A stretch of DNA of 64,000 bases from Chrysomallon squamiferum (taxonomy: Eukaryota > Animalia > Mollusca). A model generated the notes under the pieces. That model did no database searches, had not been told where the DNA came from, and worked only from the letters and a program-made list of their open reading frames with translations. The first letter of the stretch is position 1, and every line of letters starts with the position of its first letter. The stretch covers positions 18,228,001 to 18,292,000 of the forward strand of contig CM022678.1 of NCBI GenBank assembly GCA_012295275.1. The letters are read 5' to 3'. A program made the translations under genes and the position numbers. Shown here one piece after another: positions 25,901 to 38,190 of this stretch.

Positions 25901-28900
25901 TGAAGGAGATGAGCTGAAATCAGAAATAAGTTTGGTTCATGAGATTGCTCTGAAACGTAGTATGGCTGTCGAGTTTGAGGTATTTATTTTACTAACCTTA
26001 TTAGAATAAGTATTTGTTAGTAACCACAGAAACAGGATAAGATTTAAAATATCTAATTGCAGTGTAAAATTAGTAACTTTGGAACAGTTATCTTTTTGTC
26101 AAAAGTTAATGTGTTAATTAATAAAAATTGTAGATAAAATTTAATCTTTTGGTATTACATCTAGGATCTTCACAGTTAAATTGAATAGCTTGTATTAATT
26201 TTATCATAAGTCGTTCAAGTTCAAATTGTTTGTTAATAATACAGATGGATAGCACAAATAATAAATAGATATTTAACCATAACACATAAATACTGTTCTG
26301 ATTCAGAATCTCAATTCCTATTGATATAAAGTATATGGCATAACCATGAATCACCAGTACTAGTTTTAATCCTGGTTAATAAACATAAGCATCCAACACT
26401 TCACACCAGTACCTCAAACGTAGATACATTTTAACAAGTAAATGGGAAAATGGGAAAAAATACCAGTTTAATTCCCATTTTCTACAAATTTAATGTGTAT
26501 TGTTTAGTTATACTCTGTTGACATCAGTATTTGTACAGTGACAAATAAATAGTTACATAGCTTAATCATGCACCCGTGCAACAGAATAAATATAAGGGAG
26601 ATAACTTGTTACATTAGAAAAGAAAACATGAAAATAAGAACAAATTATAATCCCTTTTGTATAAACACAAAGTGTCGTTTTAATTCAAAACTTTATTAAT
26701 AAAGATATATAACTGTGCATCTAGTATTAGTATTGTTAAATGTCTTTTTAATAAAAAGCTGTATAGCTTAATTATACTTCAGTATACCATATTTATTCAG
26801 TGGTTTGCATGAAATATCTTTACCTACAACTACAAAATACATAATTTAGTATTTGTACAGTAACTGTTTAATTACAAACTATATCGCTTAACTGTACATC
26901 ACTGTTACATGATGGGTTTTATACATAGTTGGTTTTATAAGGTAAAAGGTATTAGTGCATATGCTGGTGTTTTTCTAGGTCATAAAGGAGTCTGGACCTC
27001 CACATATGAAGGTGTTTGTTACTCGGTGCACTGTGGGCGAATTTGTCACGGAGGCAGAAGGGAACAGCAAGAAAGTATCAAAGAAAAGAGCGGCCGAGTT
27101 GATGCTTGAGCAGTTGAAGAAACTGCCACAGCTGTCAATCTCCTTGACAAAACCAAAAGTGAAGGCCGCATCAAACAGCAAGAGAAAGAACCGCAACTTA
27201 GTGAAGGTTTGTATGTTGTTGTAGTTGTTTTACTTGGGTTGTTGTTGGATTTTTTAAGTTTTTTGTTATTATTATTTTGTTTGTTTTGTAAGGTTTGTGT
27301 TGCTTTATTTTTATTTCAAACAAAATATATCTTCTTGGCTTTCATTAACCTCTGTAGTCTAATACATTCTTTTCTCACAGCAGCAGGGTCTTCTTGCTTT
27401 TTGCTAAAATGTTGTAGACTCTCATGTACAGCAGCTGTAATCCCCAATAACAGGTTTATTGTCCTGACTTTTTAGATTGCTTTTCTCGTTCCGATCGTTT
27501 CTGGTATATTGATGGAGGGTGTTATATGTACAGCTTGTTTGTTTCAGCTCACTGACACATTAATTCTACAAAAGACGGCTGATGCTGATGGGAAATTAAG
27601 CAGCTCAGTCAGTGGAGTCCAGAATCAGGTTTGTATTAAAGAGTGCATGTCCCAGTTTTTCAGTTCTGCGTTGTATTAACCTTTACAGCAATGATTTTTC
27701 AATCTTATTTCTTCTCACAACATCCTGAGCTGGGCAGCGAAATGTACACTGCAAACTATCCATATATGTCAGCATCTGATCATTTATTCAGCTTTTTACC
27801 CTTTCTTAAAGTATTGGATGATACACATGTTTCAGTTGTTATAATAATAGAAAAAATAAATGATGGGCTGTTTTCTGATGATAACTTTCATATTCCCATG
27901 ACTAGCAGTAGAGACTGGTAGTTCAAATTATAGAATTTAGATAAGACACGTAAAACTTGCATTTTAGCCTTAATGAACAACACATCTGTTTATTGCATTA
28001 TTTAATAAAAAAGTGTTTAATGCCTCCATAATAGTACCAGTAATTCAGAATGTAATCGGATGTTATTTTCATATTCATGTGTTACTTTTTTTGTAAAGAA
28101 GGTGTGACACTAAGAAGATTTCCTACTGCGCATTGGCTGAAAATTGCTGCTTCAGACTAATGAATGAACTATGTTGAGTCCATGTCCTCGTTTTCCATTT
28201 GACGTGTGTTGCATTCGGCAATGAATTAAAATTGTTTTTTGTAGGAGATAGTGTTACGGCATATATAGGTCATATTATGCAGGGTGTGAAATCCCATCTT
28301 TTGAGTCTAAAGAGTTAATATTGGACAAAAATCACTTGGTGTCCATTTTAATAACATTTACTCAATTATTTTTACATGTAATGAATGCATTCAGTTGGCT
28401 TAGTGAGAGTTTGTGAATATACTCGGAAGATTAATAAACATTCCAGGAAGTGCATATGAAAAATATATTAATGTTTATTTTTTATATCGAAATCAAATGA
28501 CATTAGTTTAAAGCATTAACATTAATTGTTTGAAATTTAATATCTGCACATTATTGGTTAGTATCATTTTAAAATTTGTTATATCCTACAGCTCATTTTT
28601 AAGATTTAAAATTTGGAGGATCATGTATGTTATCAAACAAGAGAATCTGTCTGTGTAAATGGTGGATATCTCTATATTATAATTTTATTTATTTTGTAAG
28701 CATTGCTTAATTTTAATGGTTATATATTTACTTAACTAATCTTATAGTAAAAATATTTAATTTTTTAATAATTAATTCAAGTTACTTAACAGTTCAATAT
28801 GGCTGTCAAATAGTACATTTCTGAAATAGAAAATATTTGGTCCTGTATAAACATAATTTTAAAATACACATTTCTCTTGAAGAATGAATACAGCTATGAA

Positions 28901-29670
28901 ATTCTGAACCTGTGTTTTTAAAAAGAAAAATGTCTGAAGCTAAGAACATTTTTGAAAATTATTTCTCTCTCCATTTTAACAAAATACAGCTAACGTTTGA
29001 TTTATTTTGCAGACGTCTATGTAAGCCAAATTCAAAATACAAAACATATATCATTTTTAACATTTAACTTGTTGGTTTGTCTTTGATAGAATCTGAAACC
29101 AGATTCAAATTTTGGGCTTGGAATGAACCCAATAAGTCTGCTGATACAAATCATGCAGGCACAGAAGAAGAAGGAACCTGTGTATTCACTAGTAGCGGAG
29201 CGAGGACTGCCACGTAGACGAGAGTTTGTCATTCAGGTACATTATAAATCCCACTGTTCACATACAGCTGTAACTGAATAGAGAAAATAAGTTAAATTCT
29301 TAAGCTGAGGATTTTAATTTGCTTCTATATAGTGAGTAGCTTTGATGATGTAAAGAAGTTAGTTTACATGTAGTGTAAACTAAATTTGTATGTTAATGAT
29401 TTTGTTTTGTTTCTATGGTTTATTTTGTTCAGTATGCTGAATCTACTTCATGATAAGAAATTAATTAAATAAGCTATAAATTAAATTCTTTACATCAAGG
29501 CTTTTAATTTTATGTTGATTAAATTTGGTGTACATTCGGAGCTGCAAAGAAATTAGTGTTATTTTAGTTTAAATTCTATATGCAAAGGTTTTTATTTTAC
29601 TTAGTTTAGACTTGTTCCACTTATATTACATTTAACTGTTTATTTATTTATTTATTTATTTATTTATTGC

Positions 29671-29704
<34 letters not shown>

Positions 29705-30465
29705 GTACTACTAGTAGTAGTGTAATAGTATTGTTATTGTTATATTTATTTATTTATTTATTTATTTGTTATTAGGTTCAGGTGGATGATAAAACGTGTA
29801 CAGGTGTGGGACCCAACAAGAAACTGGCTAAACGAAATGCTGCGGAGGCGATGCTGCACCTACTAGGGTTCAACCGGCCGTCTCCACAGCCTACCAAGTC
29901 TGCCATCAAGACTAGCAGTAGTAGTCCTGATGTAAGTCTTTTACTTAATACTTAATGAAGTCAGCGTTTTACTTAATAATTCACGAGGCTAGTGCTTTAC
30001 TTAATACATACATTGATACTGATATCAGTTCTTTACTTAAAAAATCTTCTAATAACTTAGGTCAATGCATATAGTGTGATCAGTTTAATATTTTTACTGG
30101 ATATTTTATAAGATATAAACATTTTTTTTTATCTTTCTTATTACTGCTATTGGTGGTGGTTGTAATAACTAATATTTGTTAAGTCATGTTGATGGTAACT
30201 GATTTAACAAGTGATGCAAATAGTGAAATAGTTAGAATAATGGTGAAAGTAATTGTAGTTGTGATACTGGTAGTGTCACTAGTAATGGTGACAAAGACTG
30301 TAGTATAGTAATCACAACAAAAGTGGAAATGTTAGAAATAGTTATAATTTTCTTACCAGTGCTGATCTAGATAAAATATTCTTATCATGTCTGTGTTGAT
30401 GATAATGTAGTTACAGATTTTTGAATTATTTATTTTAAATGTTCATTGAGGAATTTAGGTGGGTG

Positions 30466-30507
<42 letters not shown>

Positions 30508-33112
30508 TATTTTATTGAATGTGTTGATTTGTAATGCTTCTGAATCTTTTGTTCATTTCTTCCTGCAGGTTGGATCTGGAGATAAAAAAGTGACATTTGT
30601 AGACACTAGCACAGATAATGGGAGTAAGTGTCTGTACATTTAAACCTTTTACAGTTACATTAACATTGATGTTTCATTTTATTCTGTCAACCATAATAAT
30701 GCAGAATATCTACATATGTATATATGTTTTTGTTTTCAGTTAGATATTTTATTGTTCTTCTAATTAAAACAGTTTTACATGGAAACCTAATTATTTATAA
30801 TGATCCAGTATTGATGTTATTTAGTTATTGTTTTGTTTTTGATATTTTTTATTATTATTATTATTATTAAAATTGCTAAAATTATTATTGTTATTATAAT
30901 TTTTGGTTTGTTTTGTGAAGTTGAATGTATGTTATTTTGTTTACAGATATGGGGGGTATGAATGTGAAGACAGGTCGTCAACTTGTACCAGGATTGTTAC
31001 TAATACCTCAGTCTGGTATTGGAAACAGTAAGTTTAATTTATTTTTCTCTCTCTCTCTCTGTTTTCTTATCGTTCTTTTGTCTTTCTTTTTCTGTTTAAG
31101 AAACCCACTGAGGTGATGGAGTCACTATGAATTCATCAACCAGTTTTAAATTCATTTAAACAAATTAGCTTTTACTGTAAATTTTAAAATGAATCTTACA
31201 GTAAATGTGGAGTAAAAATATAAATCCTTTTCTTATTTTATTTTTATTATACATTCAACGTTTTCTTCTTTTTTTTTATCTTTGATGCAATCATTGTATT
31301 TTTAATTTAATTGTTCAGTAATTGGAGTACGACCAGAACAACAGTTACAGGAATTGGCAGCAAAACACCAAATTGAAATTCAATTTGAGGATTACTCTTT
31401 AAAGGTAATTAGCTCAGAACAGAAACATGAGATTCAATTTACAGTATTAATATTTTTAGAACTTTTTATCTGTTCAATACAGTGCCAAGGTATTATCCAT
31501 TAGCAGTTAAAAATGTTCAAACTAGATAGAGAAGAGATTAAATATTTTAATTCACGTGTAATAAAAATGTTGATTGGCTTGGCTTGTTTTCATGTAATGT
31601 TATGCTGTTTTAAGTCTCAGTTTACCATGTTTAAGTCTTCTTTTTTCTTTCTTTCTTTTTTTTTTCTTTTTTTTCGCTTCTGTAAAGTAACATAATCATA
31701 AATATATCTCATTAGGCTAAATTACGGTTTTGTTTCTTGAAATGCTGATAATCCAGTTTATTAGTGATGTATCAGTGGTGGAGAGAATTATTTAAACTTC
31801 TATCACAAATCTACTGTTAGTCATGTTAACTGCTATTGACTGTCTCCATTGCAAACTGGCTATTACAGCGAAAACCAGCTGTTGAACGTAGGCCTCAACC
31901 AGAAATATATATTTTTTTGTTTGGTTTCTTGCAAACAATCTCGCTTTTCAGAATACCAAGAATGAATATCTAAGTCATGTATCACTGAGTACAAACCCAC
32001 CACAGGTACTTTGTGGTACTGGAGTCACACCAGAGGCATCGCGCGATGCTGCTGCCATGACGGCGATCAAGGTGTTTGCCGAAAAGGGCCTCATGGGAAT
32101 GAAGGAAGAAAAGATGTCAGGTGACGGGTTGGTTTGATTTGTTTCAATTTGTTACTGTTTTTTGAAAATATTTTGTTAACATGTTTGACAGATGTTGATA
32201 GTGTTTTGTTTCAGACCTTTTCTCTAAGCCCACTTCCCAGATATGCAGATATATTTTGTGTGTGTGTGTTTGAGAGAGAGAGAGGGAGACAGAGACAGAC
32301 AGACAGAGAGAGATGTATACCCTTAAAGATTTGAATGTTTTGGTATAGTATAAAGACAGCTAATGTGTCTTGAATGTTCAGACACTTCTTGTGTGTCAGT
32401 GTTTATCAGAGTAAAGACATCTCCAATATTTTTGGTGATGATGGCTAATATTTTGGTTAATATGATGATGGCTATATTTTAAATTTCTGAAAAGATGTAT
32501 ATATTTCAAGTTTCTAAAATGTTTCAATGTGTGTATGAGTGAAAGAGAACTCAAGTTTGACTTTATCCTATTTTGTCAAGATTGTTTTTCACATTTTAAA
32601 TTTGTGGTGGATGCTGACAATTTCCTCTAAGTGATTGTTAGAATTTTATTAAATAATTGGGATATCCTATGTGGTAAATTCCTTATTACATTTTTTCTTC
32701 AGAAATAATACATATTCACAAAAAAAAAAAAAAAAAAAAAAAATAAAATAATAATGTAATAAGTACACAATCTAAAAAATAAAATAAAAATAATTCCTTT
32801 CAGTTACCATACTTCAGTCAGGAGTGTAAAAGAGTATAATTGTCCTGGAAAAATTAAAAATAATATATAAATCATGTTTTAATTTAAATAATAATAAAGA
32901 AAAAAAAAAAGAAGGAAACCTTAATAATAGTAGTAGTAGTAATAATAAGAATGATAATGATTAATGATGAAATATGTAGGTGTTGATGCCTTGTATTTAG
33001 TTACAGAAAAGCTTTCTTTTATTTCAGCCATCATGTTAAAGTGGAAATGTCTAAGCTAGGACCTCATCCAACCATGGCTGGAGCTGCAGCACACTTGAGC
33101 AAAATAGGATAA
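21945..33112 (+). CDS. stau: Double-stranded RNA-binding protein Staufen homolog, 14 coding exons, 2133 nt / 710 aa
   Basis: Phase-consistent GT-AG model: 21945-22026, 22606-23018, 23576-23780, 24739-24880, 25384-25574, 25894-25979, 26979-27206, 29090-29236, 29776-29931, 30569-30623, 30947-31027, 31319-31404, 31952-32127, 33028-33112. Hallmarks: dsRBD1 [21 protein letters not shown], split dsRBD2 [21 protein letters not shown], dsRBD3 [22 protein letters not shown], dsRBD4 [37 protein letters not shown] motif, dsRBD5 RPEQQL. Confidence 0.95.
22606..23018 (+). CDS. stau: Staufen coding exon 2: low-complexity/polyQ N-terminus and start of dsRBD1
   Basis: ttttcttcAG acceptor, AAG|GTGAGT donor; [21 protein letters not shown]. 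Confidence 0.92.
23400..23585 (+). repeat. Short tandem duplications of the Staufen exon-3 splice acceptor
   Basis: TCACTGTTTTGTGTTGACAGA(T/G)CTCAC occurs three times (AG at 23471-72, 23528-29, 23574-75), plus a degenerate copy (AG at 23423-24). Confidence 0.88.
23576..23780 (+). CDS. stau: Staufen coding exon 3: dsRBD1
   Basis: [49 protein letters not shown]; donor CAG|GTGGGT. Confidence 0.93.
24739..24880 (+). CDS. stau: Staufen coding exon 4: first half of split dsRBD2 with proline/aromatic insertion
   Basis: [47 protein letters not shown]; donor AAG|GTGAGA. Confidence 0.92.
25384..25574 (+). CDS. stau: Staufen coding exon 5: second half of dsRBD2
   Basis: [40 protein letters not shown]; donor ATG|GTATGT. 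Confidence 0.93.
25894..25979 (+). CDS. stau: Staufen coding exon 6: start of dsRBD3
   Basis: [28 protein letters not shown]; AG/GT borders are phase-consistent. Confidence 0.92.
26979..27206 (+). CDS. stau: Staufen coding exon 7: dsRBD3 and basic NLS-like tail
   Basis: [50 protein letters not shown]. Confidence 0.93.
27548..27628 (+). CDS. stau: Candidate 81-nt in-frame cassette exon of Staufen ([27 protein letters not shown])
   Basis: ttgtttgtttcAG acceptor, CAG|GTTTGT donor, phase 0-0, no stop, higher GC than the flanking intron. Not included in the 710-aa count. Confidence 0.55.
29090..29236 (+). CDS. stau: Staufen coding exon 8: start of dsRBD4
   Basis: [49 protein letters not shown]. 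Confidence 0.93.
29776..29931 (+). CDS. stau: Staufen coding exon 9: end of dsRBD4
   Basis: [41 protein letters not shown]; donor GAT|GTAAGT. Confidence 0.93.
30569..30623 (+). CDS. stau: Staufen coding exon 10: RVxF-type PP1-docking motif KKVTF
   Basis: [18 protein letters not shown]; ttcttcctgcAG acceptor and GA|GTAAGT donor. Confidence 0.88.
30947..31027 (+). CDS. stau: Staufen coding exon 11
   Basis: [26 protein letters not shown]; tttgtttacAG acceptor and ACA|GTAAGT donor. Confidence 0.88.
31319..31404 (+). CDS. stau: Staufen coding exon 12: start of dsRBD5
   Basis: [28 protein letters not shown]; donor AAG|GTAATT. Confidence 0.85.
31952..32127 (+). CDS. stau: Staufen coding exon 13: dsRBD5
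   Basis: [47 protein letters not shown]; donor GG|GTTGGT. Confidence 0.88.
33028..33112 (+). CDS. stau: Staufen terminal coding exon ([27 protein letters not shown])
   Basis: tttctttttatttcAG acceptor; phase 2 matches the previous donor; TAA at 33110-33112. Confidence 0.75.
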
Positions 33113-34684
33113 AGTGGGCAGCTTTAAAAAACAAAACAGAAATCAAAGAAGAACTCATATTATTAATTTTCAAATCCTTGCATGATAAAGTTGTTGTTGT
33201 TGTTCAGTTTTACTTGCTGGTTTATTGTGGATATAGCTGAAAAATTATATTCAAAACAATAAAATTAAATAAAATATAATTGTATGTAATAATAATAAAA
33301 AGTTTAATTATTATTTTAAGAAATTAAAAAGAACATGAAAAAGAACATTTTAAAAATTATATCCACTATAGAGCAGCAACCATCTGTTCTTTTGCATTAA
33401 TAGATTAAGGAAAAAATTGAACAACATTGATGTTTAACTTATTACAAGTTGTTATTTTTCTTACTACCTTCTTTATCTTCGAGTTAATATCTGTATTGTT
33501 TTTAAAATCCAGAAGTTTTTTCATGTGGAGTAATAATCATACTTTGTGATATCTTGTTGTAGGTTGTGTTGCTTCTATTTATTACATTCTGCAGATAAAA
33601 CAGCTGAAAATACTGAACTTGTATAACATGAATCTAGTTCATTAATGTTCTGATACTGAGTAAATTATTCTGTTACTTTCAGATAGTATTTGTTATTGAA
33701 TACTGGATTGTTTAAAAGCACATTTCTTTTCTATCCTTTTTAAATTTAAAATTTTGATTATTACAATTATGCAATCACATGTTGCATGACTTGAGTGGGT
33801 TTTTTGTATGCCTTTTTCCCATTACACTCTGCTTAAAGTTTGCTATACTGAATATGTCAGTGACACTGATACCCTGTTTTATTCAAACCTATTCTGCTGA
33901 TATTTTTGCATGATTGTTGCAGTTAATGTATTGCTTGAGATATGATGGGTTTGTCAGGGACATAAATTATTTATCTAGAGATGAAGTTAATCAGATAATA
34001 ATTATCAGTCCAGTCTTTAGTCCTTATATCATGCAAGATAATAATTAACAAGATTATTATTAGTATTATTTTTTTTTTAAATATATCATTATATCAATAC
34101 TGTGTAATCTTTATAGTTGTGAGAATCTGGAATGTATAGTGATGAAAGCACTGATTCAGAATCCATGACAAAAAACCCACGTATGCTAATAATAATTAGT
34201 TAATAAATAAATAAAAAGGTAAAAGATGACTGAGATAAAGCCAGAAATTTTAACTTTATCTGAGATACGTTTTAAAATAATATAGGAATGGGTTTTTCAT
34301 GACACATCATTAATTAACATCAAGTGACTGACTTAGAATATAAATTATATAAAAGTGATGTCTGTCTCAGGATTATCTCGAAGTAAAATTTTAAACCATT
34401 ATGCACATCACTGAAATTTTTTAATTGAGATCTTTCTAAATGACTCAGGAAAATAAAAATAAATAAATTAAGAAAATACAATAATCAGTACTGTAATGCA
34501 AATACCAAGAAATCTTTGTAAGTTTCAAATCTTAGTTCATTTGTGAGGTAATAAATATTTACTTTGAGATAAAAACTAGTAAGGATTTGAAAACTGGAGT
34601 TTAATTTCCTTTTGGAAATCAGTTTTAAACTATTTAGGGCAAAACATAGGTAACATCAGTGCATTTATGTTTAATTTGCTCTGC

Positions 34685-34721
<37 letters not shown>

Positions 34722-36099
34722 ATGTTTGGTTTCTGTCTTGTGTAAATGTCTTGGCTTGATGTCACAGCTTTTTCGCTCAAACTCTGGCTTGATAACTCAG
34801 ACTGATGTGATGACTTGATGTTAATATATTTGGTACCTCACAGATTTAAATGCATGTTGAATTCTTGTTGTGATCGTATTCCATCCATGTTTAAAGTGGG
34901 TATCTCCAAATCCTGCATTTACCACTAGGATAAGTGGACTGTATTAACAGAATGTTGTACTAAAATCTAAATACTGACCCAGCCTTTGTCAGAATGCTTA
35001 TAAAGAGCCTCGTAAAGATGTCATCTTGTTCAAGTCATTTTAGCTTGTTTGACTTTGCATTCATGAAAATTAAATAATTCATAGGTGAAGTTAATTTAGA
35101 ATTATAGTTCAAATATGCCAAAACAGGTTAAATGTTTTTTTTATTTTTATAAGTAATGATGATAATGAGATCCATAGAGATTATTTGTGCTAATGTTTAC
35201 AAAGCATGTGTCTAATTAGATGTTGTTTTCCTTTTTCTTTTCTTTCTTTTCTTAATTTGTTGAAAACAGCTTGTTCACTATCTGTACTTTTAATACTGGT
35301 GGTTTCCTTTTGTCATCTTTTCAAGTTAATTGTTACAAAATATGGTAGATAAAGAAAGAAGAAAAGATGGAAAGAAAAAGGAAGAAGATAAAAATCATGT
35401 TGATTGATTAATTAATATGTAGTGGAAAAAATGTAACGATGATGTTAAGAGAAAGCTCTTGCTTGCAGTATTTAATTGCTGGTTATTTTTCAAATGTTGG
35501 GTTAAAATGCATATTTGTTAATATTTAGGGGACATCCATAGTGTCCAAGTGAAAAAAAAAAAGAAATAAAATATTTTATTTCAAACTAATTCTCAATCGT
35601 TTATATATTCAGTCACTATTGCTTCCTCCCAAGTTCATCACACAAATTGAAATAATGCATTTAATATGCATTTGATGTATTAAATGAAAAATTAAAAAAA
35701 AAAAAAAAGGTAGAAAGGTTAATAATAATAATTAATTAATTAATTAATAAATAAACAAATAAATAAATATAAAAAAATCAATTAATAAACAAATGTCTCC
35801 AAATTCTCATTCTTCATGTATGATGATCAGAGTACTTGCCCATGTGGACTTTGTGGATGGCCCCTTTTTATGTCAGCTTGGTTTTTATCAGTATATTATT
35901 GCAGTTTATCATGGAAATATTTTAATGAAAGCTTCTCTTGGAGTGCGGCAGAAAGTTGCTGCTCTAATTTAAATCAGATTGAATGTTAACATTTGGATTG
36001 TTTGTGTGAACAAATTTTGTAAAGAGAGACTATTAAAGATGAAAAAAGTTGATGCATTATTTATTTTTATTTTTTTTGATTATCTATAATAACTGCCTG

Positions 36100-36132
<33 letters not shown>

Positions 36133-37540
36133 AGTTGTATTTTGGTTACCTGATAGAAATAGATTTGGTGGTCACCTGATTTAAATATGTTCAGTTACTT
36201 TTTAATTACCTGCTTCAAAAATATTCAGATAACTCAACTAAGCTGATTTAAAATATTTTGTTTAAATTATTTTTTTATCTCATTTTCAGTTTCAGAAACT
36301 TAAGACAAACAATGTGCTTTGTTGTTAGAACAAAAATAATATTATTAGTGAATATAGCAGCTCCGTTCTCAGTTTTCTTTCAAGTCAGACGGCTGACAAA
36401 AGCTGTATTTGTTGAAAATGTTTTGACCACTCGGGTATTGTTTCATGAAAGAAATAACTTTATGATGCTAGTGATCAGTTCTTTATTGAATAATTATAAT
36501 AATAATTAAAAAATAGAAAGAAAAAATTCCCCCAAAATCCCCAAAATAATGAATTGTAGAATAACAAGCAAAAGATATCATCAACAGAAATAAAATTAAG
36601 GACCCATATCTATTCAAGGTACCATTTTTTTGGTGAGTTTTTTTAAATATTTTTATACTCAGTTCACCTTGAATAAGACATAAATAATGATTTTACAAAA
36701 ATAAAAGGTTGTTGTAAAAGTAGGAGTGATCCTCTCCAGGATGCTGTACAGTTTTTTTATATGAAATAAATGGCTTGGATTGCATTTGAAATGTGCAGAT
36801 ACTGGTTATAATATCAAAACTGCATTGCAAAAAATTGTTTATTGGCAAAACAAATGAATAAGAGACGTCTGTCAGTGTAATATACTGTGGATCATGCTTT
36901 TTTAAAACATTGTTGCATCTGCATGTTTCCAGTTTGGGGGATTTCCTTCAATTTGGAGTGTTTTGAATAATGGGTATATATGTATGTATGGGATGGCATG
37001 TTGGAGAGTTCAGCTGCAAAACATAAATCTATTGTCTTGAGAAAAATGCCTTTCTGCTTTGGAGAAATGATTGGAACAAATATTTCATTATAATACTTTA
37101 TTGAATAAGTATGAAATCAAAATCAGCATAACAATATACATCTACTAGTTTTATATGATTTTCTTTTTTAAAATCAGTCAGTCTCTATTTTCCATGCTTT
37201 ATATCCATGCTTCTCTATAAATGATCAAAGCATCATGTCGTTTGTCAGACAATAAATGCTATCACTGCAGGCCCTGATCAACTGTTAACATTGTTATAAA
37301 CCTCTTAATTAAAAGCATAAGCATATCTCTGAAAAAATTGTTCTTTCTTGGCATTATGTAAATGAGTCTTTGGTACACAAAGTCATGATTACACGAACCT
37401 GATGACCAATATAGCCACATTGTGAGAACATAAACATTTGGTGATGGGTTACTGGGTTATGACAAAGATACAAAATTTCACTATTTATAGCAATGAGGTC
37501 ATTTATTTTATGTTCACTGAGCTATTTTGTTGATACATTC

Positions 37541-37585
<45 letters not shown>

Positions 37586-38153
37586 CAGCTGTTTCTTTAA
37601 ATTTTCTCAAAATCATCATCATCTTTATAATCGATCCTTTTTAGTAAATTCAGTGGTTTACTGGGTAGAACTCTATCCAAAAAGATCAAAATGTAGAAGA
37701 ACAAAAAAAAAAAAAAAATATATATATAATCTGACAAACAGTTTTCTTAGGTTAAGGCTAGGCCTGTGTTTTGATGATGGTAAAAAGAAAGGGTGGCCAG
37801 TTTATTTGTTGAGAGGATAAACTGGTTAGTGAAAGAGAACTTAATAATTATGGAATTAATGTCTATGTACACGTCACTGGCAGATATATGTTTTTTTATA
37901 TCAGATTAAAACATATCAAGGACTTGCTTCCTGGTAATTAAAACTGTTAAAAAAAAGTTAACAAATAACATTTTTTTTAAAATTACAAATTTACTTGCTA
38001 AAACATTTCAGTTGGTAATTCATTCCATGGCAACACTTATATAATGTATATATAATTCAAAGTATATATATTTTCATGATGTTTCATTTTAGGTATCTAA
38101 AGAGGCATTGCTTTCAACCTTCTCTAACATTTGTATTTTGAAAGCAGTATTTA

Positions 38154-38190
<37 letters not shown>

